Of a DNA stretch of 64,000 nucleotides, positions 62,874-64,000 are shown one piece after another; position 1 is the stretch's first letter, and every line of letters starts with the position of its first letter. Origin of the DNA: a virus. The stretch covers positions 19,257-83,256 of IMG/VR virus record IMGVR_UViG_3300045988_133829; one strand, given 5' to 3'. Both the position numbers and the translations under genes were made by a program. The notes beneath the pieces were generated by a model. That model saw only the letters and a program-made list of their open reading frames with translations, searched no databases and was not told the origin of the DNA.

Positions 62874-63555
62874 GACATAAATTTGCTAACTCACTGTATT
62901 CAATAATAAAATCACTCCATTGTTGTGCCATTGCATTAGCAATTCCTTGAAAAGTTTTAGATCGTAAAGTACTTCTCTCTTCTTTTGTTTTGCATTTATA
63001 AAAAGCTTCCGCATACCATTTTGGCATACTTTTCCCTGATTTAAATTTTATAATTTCTCCTTTACCTACAATATGGGTTGGTTTTAATAAAGGTAGATTT
63101 TTTAGCCATAAACAAGTGCTTTTTTGTGCTTCATCACCAAACATATAAGGCTGGACAATCTGATCGGGCTTTCTATATACAGTACTCATTATCCCTATGG
63201 GATTCTCTATTGCGATATAAGGAATATCCATTTTAGATAAAGAGATAAAGAAATTAATTGCATCTTCTCTGTCTTTTTTTCTTTTTATAGCTTTTTCTCC
63301 ATATTTTTCTTCATTAAACCATCTATTCCCCGTCACTGTTAGAAAAGTACATGGGGGATGCGCAATCATTAAATCGAATTTAGGTTCTCTCTCTAAAACC
63401 TTAAATATATCCTCTTGGAAATGCCATTCAGGATGTCCTCCACTACAAGGAAGAATGTCACAAGAAAAAGCTTCATGCCCTAGTTTTCTAAAAGCACTGC
63501 ATACAGCCTGGCTTTCTTCGCAAGCTACAATTACTCTTATTTGCTTCTCTTTCAT
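62863..63555 (-). CDS. short phage-type C5 cytosine methyltransferase-like protein (230 aa)
   Basis: AHPPCTFLTVTG (PC catalytic motif), IAIENPIG (ENV-like), C-terminal RSKTFQGIANAMAQQW. Confidence 0.65.
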   Translation of the reverse strand: MKEKQIRVIVACEESQAVCSAFRKLGHEAFSCDILPCSGGHPEWHFQEDIFKVLEREPKFDLMIAHPPCTFLTVTGNRWFNEEKYGEKAIKRKKDREDAINFFISLSKMDIPYIAIENPIGIMSTVYRKPDQIVQPYMFGDEAQKSTCLWLKNLPLLKPTHIVGKGEIIKFKSGKSMPKWYAEAFYKCKTKEERSTLRSKTFQGIANAMAQQWSDFIIEYSELANLCHEQ

Positions 63556-63560
63556 AATCT

Positions 63561-64000
63561 TTAATTTATTCGTACATATTTCCCTGCAATATTACAAGTT
63601 CTTAATATTTCGGCATTATCTTCACCGAAAGCTATTAGGATACTGCCGCAGCCGGGAGAATCTCCACGAGTCCCATCATGCCGGAAGAACCTAATCCGGT
63701 TACGCAAAAACTTCATCGCTGTTGCTTTTTCAAAGATGATATCTTGAAACATCTTTGAATCACAACGATTGAAAAGTAATGCGATTCCGTTTCCATGCTC
63801 TGCCAGACGTTTAACGAAACGTTCTATTAGAGGACGGGAGTAAGGTGGATTTAGCCAAACACGACCTACCCAATCTTTAGTTAATCCGTCATGGTTCTTG
63901 TTGTACATTTGTGTAGCTGTTTGCCAAAGCGGTTTAACCGGAGCGCATGGATCTAAATCGAACTTTCCCAATGCGTCTATAATTTCCTTTGGCGTGTACC
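63561..64000 (-). CDS. phage Dam-type N6-adenine DNA methyltransferase (5' end runs off the window)
   Basis: FDLDPCA and VWLNPPYS motifs. The frame stays open upstream of the annotated Met to the window edge (..TPKEIIDALGKFDLDPCA). Confidence 0.8.
   Translation of the reverse strand, partial: YTPKEIIDALGKFDLDPCAPVKPLWQTATQMYNKNHDGLTKDWVGRVWLNPPYSRPLIERFVKRLAEHGNGIALLFNRCDSKMFQDIIFEKATAMKFLRNRIRFFRHDGTRGDSPGCGSILIAFGEDNAEILRTCNIAGKYVRIN

Overview
This window is an AT-rich, gene-dense segment of a tailed dsDNA phage genome. It may be close to the whole genome. Nothing here was computed or searched; all calls come from reading the sequence and the ORF track.

Layout by coordinate:
- 254-4833 (minus strand): small early-type ORFs plus a small serine recombinase.
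- 4834-6726: a 1.9-kb ORF-free divergent control region that looks like an origin of replication.
- 6727-21096 (plus): replication and nucleotide-metabolism module. It holds a frameshifted C5-methyltransferase, a sliding clamp, a DUF1376 protein, a primase-helicase, a HAD phosphatase and a DUF3310 protein.
- 21128-41001 (minus): tail fibres, an M14 carboxypeptidase, a LamG-type protein, portal, TerL and an HNH/AP2 endonuclease-like gene.
- 41236-53446 (plus): scaffold, capsid, connectors, tail tube, a chaperone pair with a likely -1 frameshift, a 1935-aa tape measure and a second HNH/AP2 gene.
- 53474-64000: regulator genes, an operon of odd proteins, then a minus-strand block with an M15 endolysin, dUTPase, a radical-SAM protein and two more methyltransferases.

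The tail genes suggest a siphovirus-like phage (no sheath gene seen). Several intergenic regions carry the Bacteroides-type promoter consensus (-33 TTTG, -7 TAnnTTTG), so a Bacteroidota host is likely.

Most interesting observations:
- A near-perfect 32-bp inverted repeat (24132-24163 and 24571-24602) brackets the 3' half of a tail-fibre gene. On the opposite strand, in frame with the left repeat, sits a decayed alternative fibre C-terminus. This is the geometry of a Mu G-segment or shufflon-like invertible cassette. The only recombinase in the window is a resolvase/invertase-type serine recombinase about 23 kb away.
- A G9 tract lies upstream of the same fibre gene.
- The origin-like region contains iteron-like repeats, a G-quadruplex motif and a C14 tract.
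- An operator half-site, TTAGTACAC, is shared by two divergent late-region intergenic regions.
- Three short promoter-hairpin-terminator units look like small RNAs or attenuators.
- Two inverted HNH/AP2 paralogues bracket the head-tail module.
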